DNA from: an uncultured Solirubrobacteraceae bacterium
GTDB taxonomy: Bacteria > Actinomycetota > Thermoleophilia > Solirubrobacterales > Solirubrobacteraceae
Assembly: GCA_963782925.1 (NCBI GenBank)
Contig: CAWALH010000002.1
Coordinates: forward strand, 14,106 to 78,105
Direction: 5' to 3'
DNA: 64,000 bases
Part shown: piece after piece, positions 19,770-30,344 of the stretch
How positions within the stretch are numbered: position 1 is the first letter of the stretch
Layout: each line of letters opens with the position of its first letter
The notes under the pieces: model-generated
Seen by the model: the letters and a program-made list of their open reading frames with translations, nothing else
The model's database searches: none
What the model was told of the DNA's origin: nothing
Made by a program: the position numbers and the translations under genes

Positions 19770-20845
19770 GTCAACCCCTCGGTCTCGGGCAGGCCGAACA
19801 TCACGTTGAGGTTCTGCACGGCCTGCGAGCTCGTGCCCTTCCAGAGGTTGTCGATCGCCGACAGCACGATCACCTTGCCGCTGTGAGGATCGGCCTTCGC
19901 GAACACGCGGCAGTAGTTCGTCTCCTGCACGTCGCGCGTGCCCGGCGGCGCACCGACCACCTCGACGAACGGCTCGTCCGCATACGCCGCTGCGTACAGC
20001 TCGCCCAGCTCGGCGTCCTCGACCCGCCGTGTCGTCGTCACGTAGCAGTCGGCGAGCTCGCCCTGGTCGAGCGGCACGAGGTGCGCCTGGAACAGGACCG
20101 CGAGCTCGTCGCTCGCGCCGCCGGCCGCGCGCAGCGGCTGAAGCTGCTCCTCGATCTCCGGCGTGTGGCGGTGTTCGGCGACCTTGTACGGCACGATGTT
20201 CTCGCCCGCCATCGACTGATGCGTCGTCTCGTCGAACGTCCGCCCCGCGCCCGAGATGCCCTGCTTGGCGTCGATCACGACGTCGGCGATCAGCCCCGCG
20301 CGCGCGAGCGGCGCGAGGCCGAGCAGCGACGCCGTCGGGTAGCAGCCGGGATTTGCGACGATGCCCGCGCCGGCGATCGCCTCGCGGTGCAGCTCGGTCA
20401 GCCCGTACACGGCTTCGGAGAGCAGCTCCGGGCGCGGATGCTCGCCGTACCAGCGCTCGTACGTCTGAAGCGAGGAGAGGCGGAAGTCGGCGCTGAGGTC
20501 GACCACGCGTGCGCCGCGCTCGCGCAGCGCCGCGACCGTCGGCGCCGCCGCGGCGTGCGGGTAAGCGACGATCGCCGCGTCGAGCTCGCCGAGCGCGTCG
20601 ACATCGAGCTCGGCGAGCTCGAGCGGCACGCGGTAGCGCGGATACAGATCGTCGAGGCGTCGCCCGACCTCCGAGCGCCCGGTCACCGCCGTCAGCTCGA
20701 AGCGCGGATGGCGCCACAGCAGGTGCGCCGCGAGTGCGCCCGCGAAGCCCGTCGCGCCGGCGACGAGCACGCGCGGCGAGCCGGGCGCGAAGACCTGCGC
20801 CGGCGGCGCGCCGAGCGCGGAGCGCGTTGACGTGCGCTCAGCCAC
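19766..20845 (-). CDS. argC: N-acetyl-gamma-glutamyl-phosphate reductase
   Basis: GATGFAG, DLSADFRL, ANPGCYPT, HRHTPEI, IDNLWKG. Confidence 0.95.
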   Translation of the reverse strand: MAERTSTRSALGAPPAQVFAPGSPRVLVAGATGFAGALAAHLLWRHPRFELTAVTGRSEVGRRLDDLYPRYRVPLELAELDVDALGELDAAIVAYPHAAAAPTVAALRERGARVVDLSADFRLSSLQTYERWYGEHPRPELLSEAVYGLTELHREAIAGAGIVANPGCYPTASLLGLAPLARAGLIADVVIDAKQGISGAGRTFDETTHQSMAGENIVPYKVAEHRHTPEIEEQLQPLRAAGGASDELAVLFQAHLVPLDQGELADCYVTTTRRVEDAELGELYAAAYADEPFVEVVGAPPGTRDVQETNYCRVFAKADPHSGKVIVLSAIDNLWKGTSSQAVQNLNVMFGLPETEGLT

Positions 20846-23334
20846 GCAGCTCACCGCCCAGCTCGGCCAGCGCCGCGACGATCCGCTCGCGCACCGGCGC
20901 GACGTCCTCGTCGGTCAGCGTCCGATCCTCGGCGCGGAACGTCAGCGCGAGCGCGAGCGAACGCCGGCCCTCGCCGACCTGCGCGCCCGTGTACACGTCG
21001 AACACCCGCGCGTCCTCGAGCGTCTCGCCGCCGGCCTTGCGCAGCGCGTGCAGCACCTCGCGCGCGCTGACCGCCTCCGGCAGCACGACCGCGATGTCCT
21101 GGCGCAGCGACGGGACCGCACCGAACGCGCGAAACGCGACGACCTCCGGCGCGACCGTCGCGAGCTTGCCGACGTCGATCGCGAACGCCGCCGTGCGCTC
21201 CAAGTCCCACGCCGCGGCGACCGTCGGGTGGACCTCGCCGACGAAGCCCAGCCACAGCGGCTCGCCGCCGCGCTCGTGCCCGTCGCCGGCGGCGCGCGCG
21301 ATCACCGCCGCGCTGCGTCCCGGGTGCAGGAACGGCCACTGCGCCTCCTGCACCGACCAGTGCACGTGCAGCGCGTCGAGCAGCCCTCCGAGCAGCGCCT
21401 TCGCGGCGAACAAGTCAGCCTGCGGCTGCTCGCCGCGCCACGCGCGCGGCGCGAGCGCGCCGTGCAAGAGCGCGCCGAGCGCGTGATGCTCATCCGCGGC
21501 GAGACCGTCCTCAGCGACCGGCTCAGGCGACCGGTAGACCGTGCCCGACTCGAAGATCGCCACGTCCGGCCCGTTGCGCGCGACGTTGTACGACGCGACG
21601 TCGAGCAGCGACCCGAGCAGCGTCGGGCGCATGATCGACTGCGCGTCCGACAGCGGGTTCTGCACGCGCACGACGCGCCGCAGCGGGTCGTCGGCTCCCA
21701 GCAGCAGGCGGTCGAGCAGCGCCGGCTCGGTGAAGCTCCAGCCGACGACCTCGTACAGCCCGCGCCCGGCCATCGCGTCCTCGGCCGCGCGGCGCACGCG
21801 CTGCGCGTGCGTCAGCCGACCCGCGGCGCCGCGGCGCGCCGGCAGCGTCGCCGGCAGGCGCTCGACGCCGTCGATCCGCGCGACCTCCTCGATCAGGTCG
21901 ATCTCGCGCGTGACGTCGTCGCGGCGCAGCGCCGGCACCGTCACCTTCAACCCGTCGGCCACCGGCACGGCGTCGAAGTCGAGCGCTTCGAGGATCTCGC
22001 ACTGGCGCGCGAGCGCGATCGGCACGCCGAGGATCGCCTGCACGCGGCGCTCGCGCAAGCGCAGCTCGCGCGGCGGCGCCAGCGGCTGGGCGACGTCGAT
22101 CGTCCCCGGCGCCACGCGCGCGCCGCAGCACTCGATCATCAGTCGCGTCGCGAGCGCCTGCGCGTGCATGCACTGCTCCGGCTGCAGCCCCTTCTCGAAG
22201 CGCGACGACGCCTCGCTGCGCAGCCCGAGCGCCCACGACGCCCGGTGGATGCTCGGCCCGTCCCACGTCGCGACCTCGAGCAGCACGCGCGTCGTCTCCG
22301 GCGCGACCTCCGAGCGCGCGCCGCCCATCAGCCCGGCGATCGACGTCGGCCCGTCGGCGTCGTCGATCACGATCGTCCCCGCGTCGAGCTCGCGCGTCTG
22401 CCCGTCGAGCGTCTGCACGCGCTCGCCCTCGTGCGCGCGGCGCACCGTCAGCTTCGCGCCGGCGACGCGGTCGAGGTCGAACGCGTGAAGGGGCTGGCCG
22501 CTGAGCAGCATCGCGTAGTTCGTGACGTCGACGACGTTGTTGATCGGCCGCTGCCCCGCCGCGATCAGCCGCGCCTGCAGCCACAGCGGCGACGGGCCGA
22601 CCGTCACGTCCTCGAACACGCGCGCCGTGAACCGCGGGCACAGGTCCGGGCACTCGACGCTGACGTCCGCGCCAGCAACCGCGCCCTGCGAGCCGGCGTC
22701 GTCCACCCATGGCTCCGCCGACAGCGCCGCGCCCGTCGCCGCGTGCAGCTCGCGCGCGACGCCGTACACGCCGAGGCAGTCCGGCCGGTTCGGCGTGATC
22801 TTCGAGCTCGAGCACCTCCGTCGCGATCGGCAGCACTTCGGCCAGCGGCGTCCCCGGCGCGAGCTCCGCGTCGAGCGACAGACCGTCGAGCACCATGATC
22901 CCCTCGCCGCCCGCCCCGAGCTCGAGCTCGTTCTCGGCGAGGATCATCCCTTCGGAGACGACGCCGCGCAGCTTCGCCCGCTTCAGCTTCGTCCCGTCGG
23001 GCATCGTCGCGCCCGGCGTCGCCACCGCGACCGTCTGCCCCGCCGCGACGTTCGGCGCGCCGCACACGATCGTCGCCGGACCCGCGTCCGCGCCGGCTTC
23101 GTTCTCGGGGCTTGCTCCATCACCGAGCGCCACCGTGCACACGCGCAGGCGGTCGGCGTCCGGGTGCGGCTGCACGTCGAGCACGTGCCCGACGACGAAC
23201 CCCTCCGCGTCGGGCACGCCGTGGTGGTGGATCGCCTCGACCTTCGTGCCCGTCATCGTCAGGCGCTCCTCGATCGCCTGCACGTCGAGGCGCGGGTCGC
23301 AGTACTCGCGCAGCCAGTTCAGCGGGACGCGCAT
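20838..23334 (-). CDS. pheT: Phenylalanine--tRNA ligase beta subunit (apparent 1-nt frameshift at ~22801)
   Basis: MRVPLNWLRE, HPDADRL, IVCGAPN in one frame. ITPNRPDC, RFEKG, DLIEEVARI and FDVYTG are in the next frame. Confidence 0.92.
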
Positions 23335-24461
23335 CAGAACTGCTCCAGGAACCGCATGTCGTTGTCGTAGTACAGGCGCAGGTCGGGCACGCCGTGCTTG
23401 AGCATCGCGATCCGCTCGACGCCCATCCCCCACGCGAAACCCTGCACCTTCTCGGGGTCGTACCCGGGGGCGTTGGCGTCGGTCGTCGGCACGTACGCGT
23501 ACACGTTCGGATCGACCTCGCCCGCGCCCAGCACCTCGAGCCAGCCCTCGCCCTTGCACAGGTGACAGCGCGATCCGTCGCGCAAGAACCCCCTGCCGTC
23601 GCAGTTGAAGCACGACACGTCGACCTCGACGCTCGGCTCCGTGAACGGGAAGAAATGCGGGCGCAGGCGCACGTCGCGCTCGTCGCCGAACACCGCGCGC
23701 GCGAACGTCAGCAGCGTCCCCTTCAGGTCCGCGAGCGTGATGTCCTCGTCGACCGCCAACCCCTCGATCTGGTGGAACTGCGGCGTGTGCGTCGCGTCCG
23801 AGTCCGGCCGGTACACGCGCCCCGGGATCACCACGTACAGCGGCGGCGGATGCGCCTCCATCGCGCGCACCTGCATCGGCGACGTGTGCGTGCGCAGCAC
23901 GAGCTCCTCCGCCGCCAGCGCCGACGGCGGCTGGCCCGGCGGCGGCGAGGACGGCTCAAGCAGCTCGTGGCGCTCGACGTAGAACGTGTCCGTCCGCGCC
24001 CGCGCCGGGTGCGTCGGGCTGTGGTTGAGCGCGTCGAAGTTGTAGTGAACCGTCTCCACCTCCGGCCCCTCCATCACCGTGAACCCGAGCCCGACGAAGA
24101 TGTCTTCGAGCTCGCGCCGCACCCGCGTCAGCAGGTGCAGCCGCCCGATCGGCTGCGGCGGCGCGCCCGGCAGCGTCACGTCGACGCGGTCCGCCTGCAG
24201 CCGGCGCTCGAGCTCCGCGCCGCCGAGCTGCTCGCCGCGCGCCTCGATCAGCGCCTCGAGCGCCTGGCGCGCCTCGTTCGCCGCCTTGCCGACCGCGCCG
24301 CGCTGCTCCGGCGGCAGCTGCGCGACGCCGCGCAGCATCTGCGGCAGCTCGGCCTTGCGCCCGAGGTAGCGCACGCGCAGCTCGTTCAGCGCCTCGCCGT
24401 CGCTCGCCGCCGCGATCTCCGCCTCCGCCTGGCCCCGCAGCTCCTCGATCCGCTCGATCAT
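23334..24461 (-). CDS. pheS: Phenylalanine--tRNA ligase alpha subunit
   Basis: NFDALN, LRTHTSP, FHQIEG, FPFTEPS, GFAWGMGVERIAM; carries the CxxC...CxxC insert. Confidence 0.97.
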   Translation of the reverse strand: MIERIEELRGQAEAEIAAASDGEALNELRVRYLGRKAELPQMLRGVAQLPPEQRGAVGKAANEARQALEALIEARGEQLGGAELERRLQADRVDVTLPGAPPQPIGRLHLLTRVRRELEDIFVGLGFTVMEGPEVETVHYNFDALNHSPTHPARARTDTFYVERHELLEPSSPPPGQPPSALAAEELVLRTHTSPMQVRAMEAHPPPLYVVIPGRVYRPDSDATHTPQFHQIEGLAVDEDITLADLKGTLLTFARAVFGDERDVRLRPHFFPFTEPSVEVDVSCFNCDGRGFLRDGSRCHLCKGEGWLEVLGAGEVDPNVYAYVPTTDANAPGYDPEKVQGFAWGMGVERIAMLKHGVPDLRLYYDNDMRFLEQF

Positions 24462-25258
24462 CGTCCGCGGACCCTAGATGAGGCGGGCGCGGCGTCGCCG
24501 TCCCGCGTGAGCTTTGCCGGCATCGTGCCGCGCGTGACCTCGTACAGCGCCACCGTCGCCGCCATCGCCGCGTTGAGCGACTCCGAGCGGATCGCGATCC
24601 GCGCCCTGCGCTCGCACGCCGCGAGCACCTGCTCCGGCAGTCCATCGCGCTCGGCGCCGATCAGCAGCGTCAATCCGCCTGCCGGGCCGTCGCCGTCGCC
24701 GTCGGGCCCAGCCCCCGACCCGCGCAGGACCTCAGCCGCGCCCGCGTCGAGCGCGACGCGCTCGCCCGGCAGCTCACCTACGTCGCGCACGCGCGCGAGC
24801 GACACCGCGAAGATCGACCCCATGCTCGCGCGCATCGCCTTCGGCGCGTGCGGATCGGCGCAGCCCGGTCCGAGCGCGACGCACGACGCGCCGAACGCCT
24901 GCGCCGAGCGCAGGATCGTGCCGACGTTGCCCGGGTCCGCGACGCCGTGCAGGTACACGCACAGCGGCCCGACCGGCTCGCCCCAGCGCTGCTCGTACAC
25001 GCCGATCACGCGCGTCCCCGACCCGAGCGTCGACACCGACCGCAGCACGTCCGCCTCGACCTCGTGAAAGCCCTCCTCGCCGGCGCCCGACCCCGCGAGC
25101 CGAAAGCCCTCGACAGCCGGCCGGCCGGCCTCGCGCGCCGCCGCCACGAGGTCCTCGCCCTCGGCCGCGAACCGTCCGCTGCGCGCGCGCTCGCGCCGCG
25201 TCGCCAGGCGCTTGAGCGCCTTCACCCTCGGGTTCTGCGAAGAGCTGATGTGGGTCAT
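24458..25258 (-). CDS. TrmH/SpoU family RNA methyltransferase
   Basis: ISSSQNPRVK, DPGNVGTILRSA, RASMGS, GAERDGL, ESLNAAMA. Confidence 0.92.
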   Translation of the reverse strand: MTHISSSQNPRVKALKRLATRRERARSGRFAAEGEDLVAAAREAGRPAVEGFRLAGSGAGEEGFHEVEADVLRSVSTLGSGTRVIGVYEQRWGEPVGPLCVYLHGVADPGNVGTILRSAQAFGASCVALGPGCADPHAPKAMRASMGSIFAVSLARVRDVGELPGERVALDAGAAEVLRGSGAGPDGDGDGPAGGLTLLIGAERDGLPEQVLAACERRARIAIRSESLNAAMAATVALYEVTRGTMPAKLTRDGDAAPASSRVRGR

Positions 25259-25351
25259 CTCGCGGTCTCGGTGGTCATGCTGTGTCGTGGTGAGCAGGCG
25301 GTGTCGGTCGGTTCGTGTGTCGATCGGTTCGTGTCGGATCGTGTCGTGGCA

Positions 25352-25385
25352 CAAAAAAAGGCGCCGTCCTGGTGAGAACGACGCC
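25352..25385 (-). terminator. Intrinsic terminator after rplT
   Basis: Minus-strand stem GGCGTCGTTC/GGACGGCGCC followed by a run of 7 T. Confidence 0.8.
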
Positions 25386-25414
25386 CGAGAGGCTTGCCGA
25401 TGTCGATTGCCGGG

Positions 25415-25774
25415 TCAGGCAGCCGACGCCTCGCGGGCGGTCTCGGCAAAACGTCGGAACGTGTCGGCGTCGCGCACGGCGATGTCCGCGAGCACCTTGC
25501 GGTCGAGCTCGACGCCGGCCAGCGACAGCCCGTGCATGAACTGCGAGTAGCTCATCCCGTTCTGCCGCGCCGCGGCGTTGATCCTCGTGATCCACAGGCG
25601 ACGGAAGTCGCGCTTGCGGTTGCGCCGATCGCGGTACGCGTACGCGTCCGCCTTCATCAGCGCCTCCTTGGCGCGCTTGTAGTTCGAGTGCGCCTCGCCG
25701 CGGAAGCCCTTCGTCAGCTCGAGCGTCGCGCGCCGCTTCTTGCGCGCGTGGACTGACCGCTTGACGCGCGTCAC
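25415..25774 (-). CDS. rplT: 50S ribosomal protein L20
   Basis: [30 protein letters not shown]. Confidence 0.97.
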   Translation of the reverse strand: MTRVKRSVHARKKRRATLELTKGFRGEAHSNYKRAKEALMKADAYAYRDRRNRKRDFRRLWITRINAAARQNGMSYSQFMHGLSLAGVELDRKVLADIAVRDADTFRRFAETAREASAA

Positions 25775-25974
25775 TTGCTACCGACCCCCAGCATCCGCTT
25801 GATCCGCGGTTCGTCGTGCTCGTTGATCATCTTCGGCGCGCCCAGCGCACGCTTCTTTTTCGGCGACTTCTTCTCGAGGATGTGGCTCGTGAACGGGTGC
25901 CGACCGCGCACCTTGCCGGAGCCGGTGATCTTGAAGCGCTTCTTCGCGCCGGAGTGGGTCTTCATCTTGGGCAT
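25771..25974 (-). CDS. rpmI: 50S ribosomal protein L35
   Basis: [21 protein letters not shown]; lies between infC and rplT. Confidence 0.96.
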   Translation of the reverse strand: MPKMKTHSGAKKRFKITGSGKVRGRHPFTSHILEKKSPKKKRALGAPKMINEHDEPRIKRMLGVGSK

Positions 25975-25988
25975 GACGGAGCCGACGA

Positions 25989-26765
25989 TTATGACACGGC
26001 CGGGTCCGCGGGCGCGGTATCGCCCGCGTCGGGCGCATCGGCCGCGTCTGCCACGTCCGTTGCGGGCGCCGGCTGCTTGCCGTCGACGGCCGCCTGCGCG
26101 TCGGCGACGGCCTCCTCGCCGAGCGGCGACTCGAGCGCCTTCTCGGCGACGTCGCCGGTCTCGCCTTCGGTGAAGACCTCCTCGGCGGCCTCCCCGACGC
26201 CGGCCTTGCCCGACAGGACGGCCTTCGACGGTCCCATCATCATCGTCATGTTGCGCCCTTCCTGCATCGGGCGCTGCTCGACGACGCCGAGCTCGGAGAG
26301 CTCCTCGGCGAGCCGGTCGAGGATCGCCGTGCCGCGCTCGGGGTGCGTCACCTCGCGCCCGCGGAACATGATCGTCACCTTGACCTTGTCCTTGTGGCGC
26401 AGGAAGCGCTCGACGTGGTGCTTCTTCGTGTCGTAGTCGTGCTCGGCGATCTTCGGTCGGAACTTGATCTCGCGCACCGTGATCTGCTGCTGGTGCTTGC
26501 GCGCCTGCTTGACCTTCTGCGCCTGCTCGTACTTGTACTTCGAGTAGTCGAGCACGCGGCACACCGGCGGGCGCGCCTCCGGCGCGACCTCGACGAGATC
26601 GAGCTCGCGTTCCTGCGCGAACGCGAGCGCGTCGGGCGTCTTCAGCACGCCGACCTGGTTGCCCTCGTCGTCGATCAGGCGGACCTCGGGAACGCGGATG
26701 CGCTCGTTGATCCTCGTCGTGTCCCGCTCGGGCGGGCGCCGGTCGAACCTACGCGGAACCGGCAC
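25989..26765 (-). CDS. infC: Translation initiation factor IF-3 with acidic C-terminal tail
   Basis: [35 protein letters not shown]. Confidence 0.95.
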   Translation of the reverse strand: MPVPRRFDRRPPERDTTRINERIRVPEVRLIDDEGNQVGVLKTPDALAFAQERELDLVEVAPEARPPVCRVLDYSKYKYEQAQKVKQARKHQQQITVREIKFRPKIAEHDYDTKKHHVERFLRHKDKVKVTIMFRGREVTHPERGTAILDRLAEELSELGVVEQRPMQEGRNMTMMMGPSKAVLSGKAGVGEAAEEVFTEGETGDVAEKALESPLGEEAVADAQAAVDGKQPAPATDVADAADAPDAGDTAPADPAVS

Positions 26766-26792
26766 TAGCTGTCTTGAACGCGCTTCAAGCGG

Positions 26793-28793
26793 CTAAGCGT
26801 CGCGCTCTGGAGATTTGCGTGGCTGCAAGGCCGGTGAGTATAGCTCCCCACGTAGGCCGTCTGTGAACTTTTCGACCGTGCTCGCGCCGCTGTCACCGCC
26901 GCGATGCTCGCGCACCGAGACCGTCCCATCCGCCTGCTCGCGCTCGCCGACGATCAGCATGTACGGGACCTTGCGCAGCTCCGCCTCGCGGATCTTGCGG
27001 CCGACCGACTCGTTGCGATCGTCGAGCTCGACCCGCACGCCGCGCCCGCGCAGCTCGCGTCGCACGTCCTCCCCGTATTCGTTGAACCGATCGGACACCG
27101 GCAGGACGATCGCCTGCACCGGCGCGAGCCACAGCGGCAGCTCGCCGGCGTAGTGCTCGAGCATGATCCCGATGAAGCGCTCGTACGAGCCGAACGCCGC
27201 GCGGTGGATCATCACCGGCGTGTGCTCGTGGTTGTCGGCGCCGGTGTACGCAAGCCCGAAGCGCGCCGGCATCGAGTAGTCGAGCTGAACTGTTCCCAAC
27301 TGCCACGAACGCCCGAGCGAGTCGGTCATGTGCATGTCGATCTTCGGCCCGTAGAACGCGCCGTCGCCGGGGTTCAGCTCGTACTCGAGCCCCATCTCGG
27401 CGAGCGCCGCCGCGAGCTTCGCCTCGGCGCGGTCCCACAGCTCGTCCTCGCCGATCCGCTCGTCAGGGCGCGTCGAGAGCTCCAGGCGCACGTCGAGGTC
27501 GAACAGCGCATACGTCGCGAACGCCAGCTCGAGGCAGCCGCGCACCTCCTCCTGGACCTGCTCCTCGGTGCAGAAGATGTGCCCGTCGTCCTGCGCGAAG
27601 TGGCGCACGCGCAACAGGCCGTGCAGCACGCCTGAGGCCTCGTTGCGGTGCAGCAGCCCCGGCTCGTAGTAGCGCACCGGCAGGTCGCGATAGGAGTGAC
27701 GCGACGTGCCGAACAGGTGCGCGTGGCCGGGGCAGTTCATCGGCTTGACGCCCATCTCGCGGTCCTCGGCGTCGAGCGTGAACATGTTCTCGCGGTACTT
27801 GCCCCAGTGCCCTGAGGTCTTCCACAGCTCGGCGTCGAAGATCTGCGGCGTCTTCACCTCGCTGTACCCGCGCACGCCGACCATCTCGCGCGAGACGCCG
27901 ACGAGCGCGTTGAACACGCTCGTGCCCGCCGGCAGCCAGAACGCCGCGCCGGGCGAGACCTCCGAGAACGTGAACAACCCGAGCTCGCGCCCGAGCTTGC
28001 GGTGGTCGCGTTCCTTGGCCTGCTCGATCCGCTCGAGGTGCTCGGCCAGTTCCTCCTTCGTGAAGAACGCCGTGCCGTAGATCCGCGTCAGCATCGTCCG
28101 CTCGGAGTCCCCGCGCCAGTACGCGCCGGCGACCGACTGCAGCTTGAACGCGCCGACCGACTTCGTGCTCGGCGCGTGCGGCCCGCGGCAGAGGTCCGTG
28201 AACGGCCCGTTCGTGTACAGCGACACGCTGTCGAGCGCGCGCGGCGGGTGCCCGTGCTCGGCCGCCGCGACGAGGTCGTCGATCAGCTCGACCTTGTAGT
28301 CCTGCCCTTCGGCCGCGAAGCGCTCGCGCGCCTCGCCCGGGCTCACCTCGCGCCGCTCGAAGCGCTCGCCGGCCTTGACGTGCTCGCGCATCCGCGCTTC
28401 GATCGCCGGGAAGTCGTCCTGCGAGATCGCGACGCCGTCGGCGAACTCGAAGTCGTAGTAGAAGCCGTCGGCGATCGGCGGCCCGATCGAGATCTTGACG
28501 CCGTCGTACAGCTCGAGCACCGCCTCGGCGAGCACGTGCGCCGTGTCGTGGCGGATCAGCTCGAGCGCGCTCGCGCCGCTGCGGTTCGTCACGATCGACA
28601 CGCTCGCGCCGTCCGGCAGCGCGCGCGAGAGGTCGCGCAGCTGCGGGCCCTCGCCGGCCTCCGGATGACTCACCTCGATCGCCAGCGCCGCGCGCGCGAG
28701 GCCCGGCCCGATCGCCGCCGCCGCGTCGGCGCCCGTCGCGCCGTCGGGCAGCTCGAGCGGCTTGCCGTCGGGCAGTGTCACCGTCACCGTCAT
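26793..28793 (-). CDS. thrS: Threonine--tRNA ligase
   Basis: TGS domain, RHDTAH, DLCRGPH, KPMNCPGH, GAFYGPK, MIHRA. Confidence 0.97.
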   Translation of the reverse strand: MTVTVTLPDGKPLELPDGATGADAAAAIGPGLARAALAIEVSHPEAGEGPQLRDLSRALPDGASVSIVTNRSGASALELIRHDTAHVLAEAVLELYDGVKISIGPPIADGFYYDFEFADGVAISQDDFPAIEARMREHVKAGERFERREVSPGEARERFAAEGQDYKVELIDDLVAAAEHGHPPRALDSVSLYTNGPFTDLCRGPHAPSTKSVGAFKLQSVAGAYWRGDSERTMLTRIYGTAFFTKEELAEHLERIEQAKERDHRKLGRELGLFTFSEVSPGAAFWLPAGTSVFNALVGVSREMVGVRGYSEVKTPQIFDAELWKTSGHWGKYRENMFTLDAEDREMGVKPMNCPGHAHLFGTSRHSYRDLPVRYYEPGLLHRNEASGVLHGLLRVRHFAQDDGHIFCTEEQVQEEVRGCLELAFATYALFDLDVRLELSTRPDERIGEDELWDRAEAKLAAALAEMGLEYELNPGDGAFYGPKIDMHMTDSLGRSWQLGTVQLDYSMPARFGLAYTGADNHEHTPVMIHRAAFGSYERFIGIMLEHYAGELPLWLAPVQAIVLPVSDRFNEYGEDVRRELRGRGVRVELDDRNESVGRKIREAELRKVPYMLIVGEREQADGTVSVREHRGGDSGASTVEKFTDGLRGELYSPALQPRKSPERDA

Positions 28794-28935
28794 CAGCGCG
28801 CAGGCTATCCGGCGGGGGCGGCGGGACGTAATGGCGGCGTATCGAACACTTTGGGCGGTTGTGCGGTTGACGCCAAACTAAATGCACCGAACATCTTGTC
28901 CGGGAGGGTTGTGCTCCCGGCAGGCATGCATGGCG

Positions 28936-29001
28936 GCGCAGACGGTCGTCTGCGCACACCACGCACGAACTCAGAAACACCCCTGTAGACGATCGTCTGC
29001 A
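28936..29001. promoter_or_regulatory. Two copies of the palindrome GyAGACGnnCGTCTGC, putative operators
   Basis: GCGCAGACGGTCGTCTGCGC (28936-28955) and TGTAGACGATCGTCTGCA (28984-29001), upstream of the IclR-HTH gene. Confidence 0.6.
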
Positions 29002-29018
29002 TATGCGAACATCGCCGC

Positions 29019-29507
29019 ATGTCCAAGCAGCGACTGCACGAGCGCGAATCGATCTCGATCACGCTGTCGCCGGCGCAGATCGATTCGGTCGTGCGCGCCG
29101 CCTCGCGCGGGCGCGCGCCGAGCATCTCGGCGCTCGTCGCCGACTCGCTCGCGACGCCGCGCCAGCGGCCGAACGGGGCGAGCGCGAAGGGCGGCGCGCG
29201 GACGAACGGGGCCGGCGCGAAGGCAGGCGGCGAAGACGACACGCCGGCGGCGCGTGCGCGTGCGCTCGCCCGCGGATATCTGCCGAACGACACCGAGGAC
29301 CCGCGCCTGTCGCGCTCGCTGCTGCGCGGCCTGTCGCTGCTCGCGGGGTTCGGGCCCGACGGCGGCGAGCGCGGGATCGTCGAGCTCGCGCAGGAGCTCA
29401 AGATGAGCCCGAGCACGGCGCACCGCTACGCGCTGACGCTCGTCGAGCTCGGGCTGCTCGAGCGCTGCCCGCGCACGCGCAAGTACCGGCTGCCCGAGCT
29501 GCACTGA
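29019..29507 (+). CDS. IclR-type HTH protein without effector domain
   Basis: SRSLLRGLSLL...ELAQELKMSPSTAHRYALTLVELGLL...KYRL, then stop. Confidence 0.8.
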   Translation: MSKQRLHERESISITLSPAQIDSVVRAASRGRAPSISALVADSLATPRQRPNGASAKGGARTNGAGAKAGGEDDTPAARARALARGYLPNDTEDPRLSRSLLRGLSLLAGFGPDGGERGIVELAQELKMSPSTAHRYALTLVELGLLERCPRTRKYRLPELH

Positions 29508-29519
29508 CCGTGCGGCGGT

Positions 29520-30212
29520 TCAGCTCGGGGCGCGCAGCAGCTCCGGACCCTCGTCGGCCGCGCCGGGCTTGTTCAGCGCCGGGTTGGCGGGCGTCGCGGT
29601 CAGGCGCGACGGCGCGAGCGGCTCGTACAGCGCGAGCGCTTCGTCGGCGTCGAGCTCCGGATCGAGCCACGCCCGCTGGCGATCTTCGTCGGCGAGGATC
29701 ACCGGCATGCGGTCGTGAATCGTCGCAGCGACCGGGTTAGGCGCGGCGTCGGTCGTCAGCAGCACGACGCTCTCGATCCACTCGCCGCCGATCTTCGCCG
29801 GCGTCCACAGCGCGGCGAACGCGAACGGCGCGCCGCCGTCGACGCGGAACAGGAACGGCTGACGGGGCTCGCCGCGGCGCTCCGGTTTGAGCCACTCGTA
29901 GTAGCCGTCGGCGATCTGCAGCGCGCGGCGCGAGCCGCGGCCGATCAGGTTGCGGAAGGCCGGGCGCTCGGTGACGGTCTCGATCTTCGCGTTGATCATC
30001 CGGTTGCCGATCTTCACGTCCTCAGCCCACGTCGGCACGAGCCCCCAGCGTAGGAGCCGCGCCTGTCGCTCGCCCTTCGGCGCGACGATCGCGAGCACCT
30101 CTTCGGTCGGCGCGATGTTGTATCGGTGCGTGCCCGCCTCGCCGGGAAACGGCACCTTGAAGCGTTCGTTCAGTTCCTGGACGCCGGCCGTGTTCGTGTA
30201 GCGCCCGCACAT
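29520..30212 (-). CDS. SOS response-associated peptidase (SRAP; YedK/HMCES family)
   Basis: MCGRY, YNIAPT, RWGLVP, GYYEW, IHDRMPVIL. Confidence 0.93.
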   Translation of the reverse strand: MCGRYTNTAGVQELNERFKVPFPGEAGTHRYNIAPTEEVLAIVAPKGERQARLLRWGLVPTWAEDVKIGNRMINAKIETVTERPAFRNLIGRGSRRALQIADGYYEWLKPERRGEPRQPFLFRVDGGAPFAFAALWTPAKIGGEWIESVVLLTTDAAPNPVAATIHDRMPVILADEDRQRAWLDPELDADEALALYEPLAPSRLTATPANPALNKPGAADEGPELLRAPS

Positions 30213-30278
30213 GCCGCCGAGGATACGGCGCGGCGGTGGACGCCCGTACGCGCACGACGGCAAGTCGTTCAGAAAGCA

Positions 30279-30310
30279 CGACGGCCCCCGCGAAACCGCG
30301 GAGGCCGTCG
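30279..30310. terminator. GC-rich hairpin downstream of the secreted protein gene
   Basis: CGACGGCCCCCGCG-AAAC-CGCGGAGGCCGTCG. Confidence 0.5.
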
Positions 30311-30344
30311 ACGATCCGAAACGGCGCTCGTCGCGCCGGACTGC

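Noticed and set aside
25989-26200. Acidic C-terminal extension of IF-3
   Set aside because: Low-complexity IF-3 tails are common in Actinobacteria.
28794-29018. T-box or tRNA upstream of thrS
   Set aside because: No T-box consensus or cloverleaf; thrS looks leaderless.
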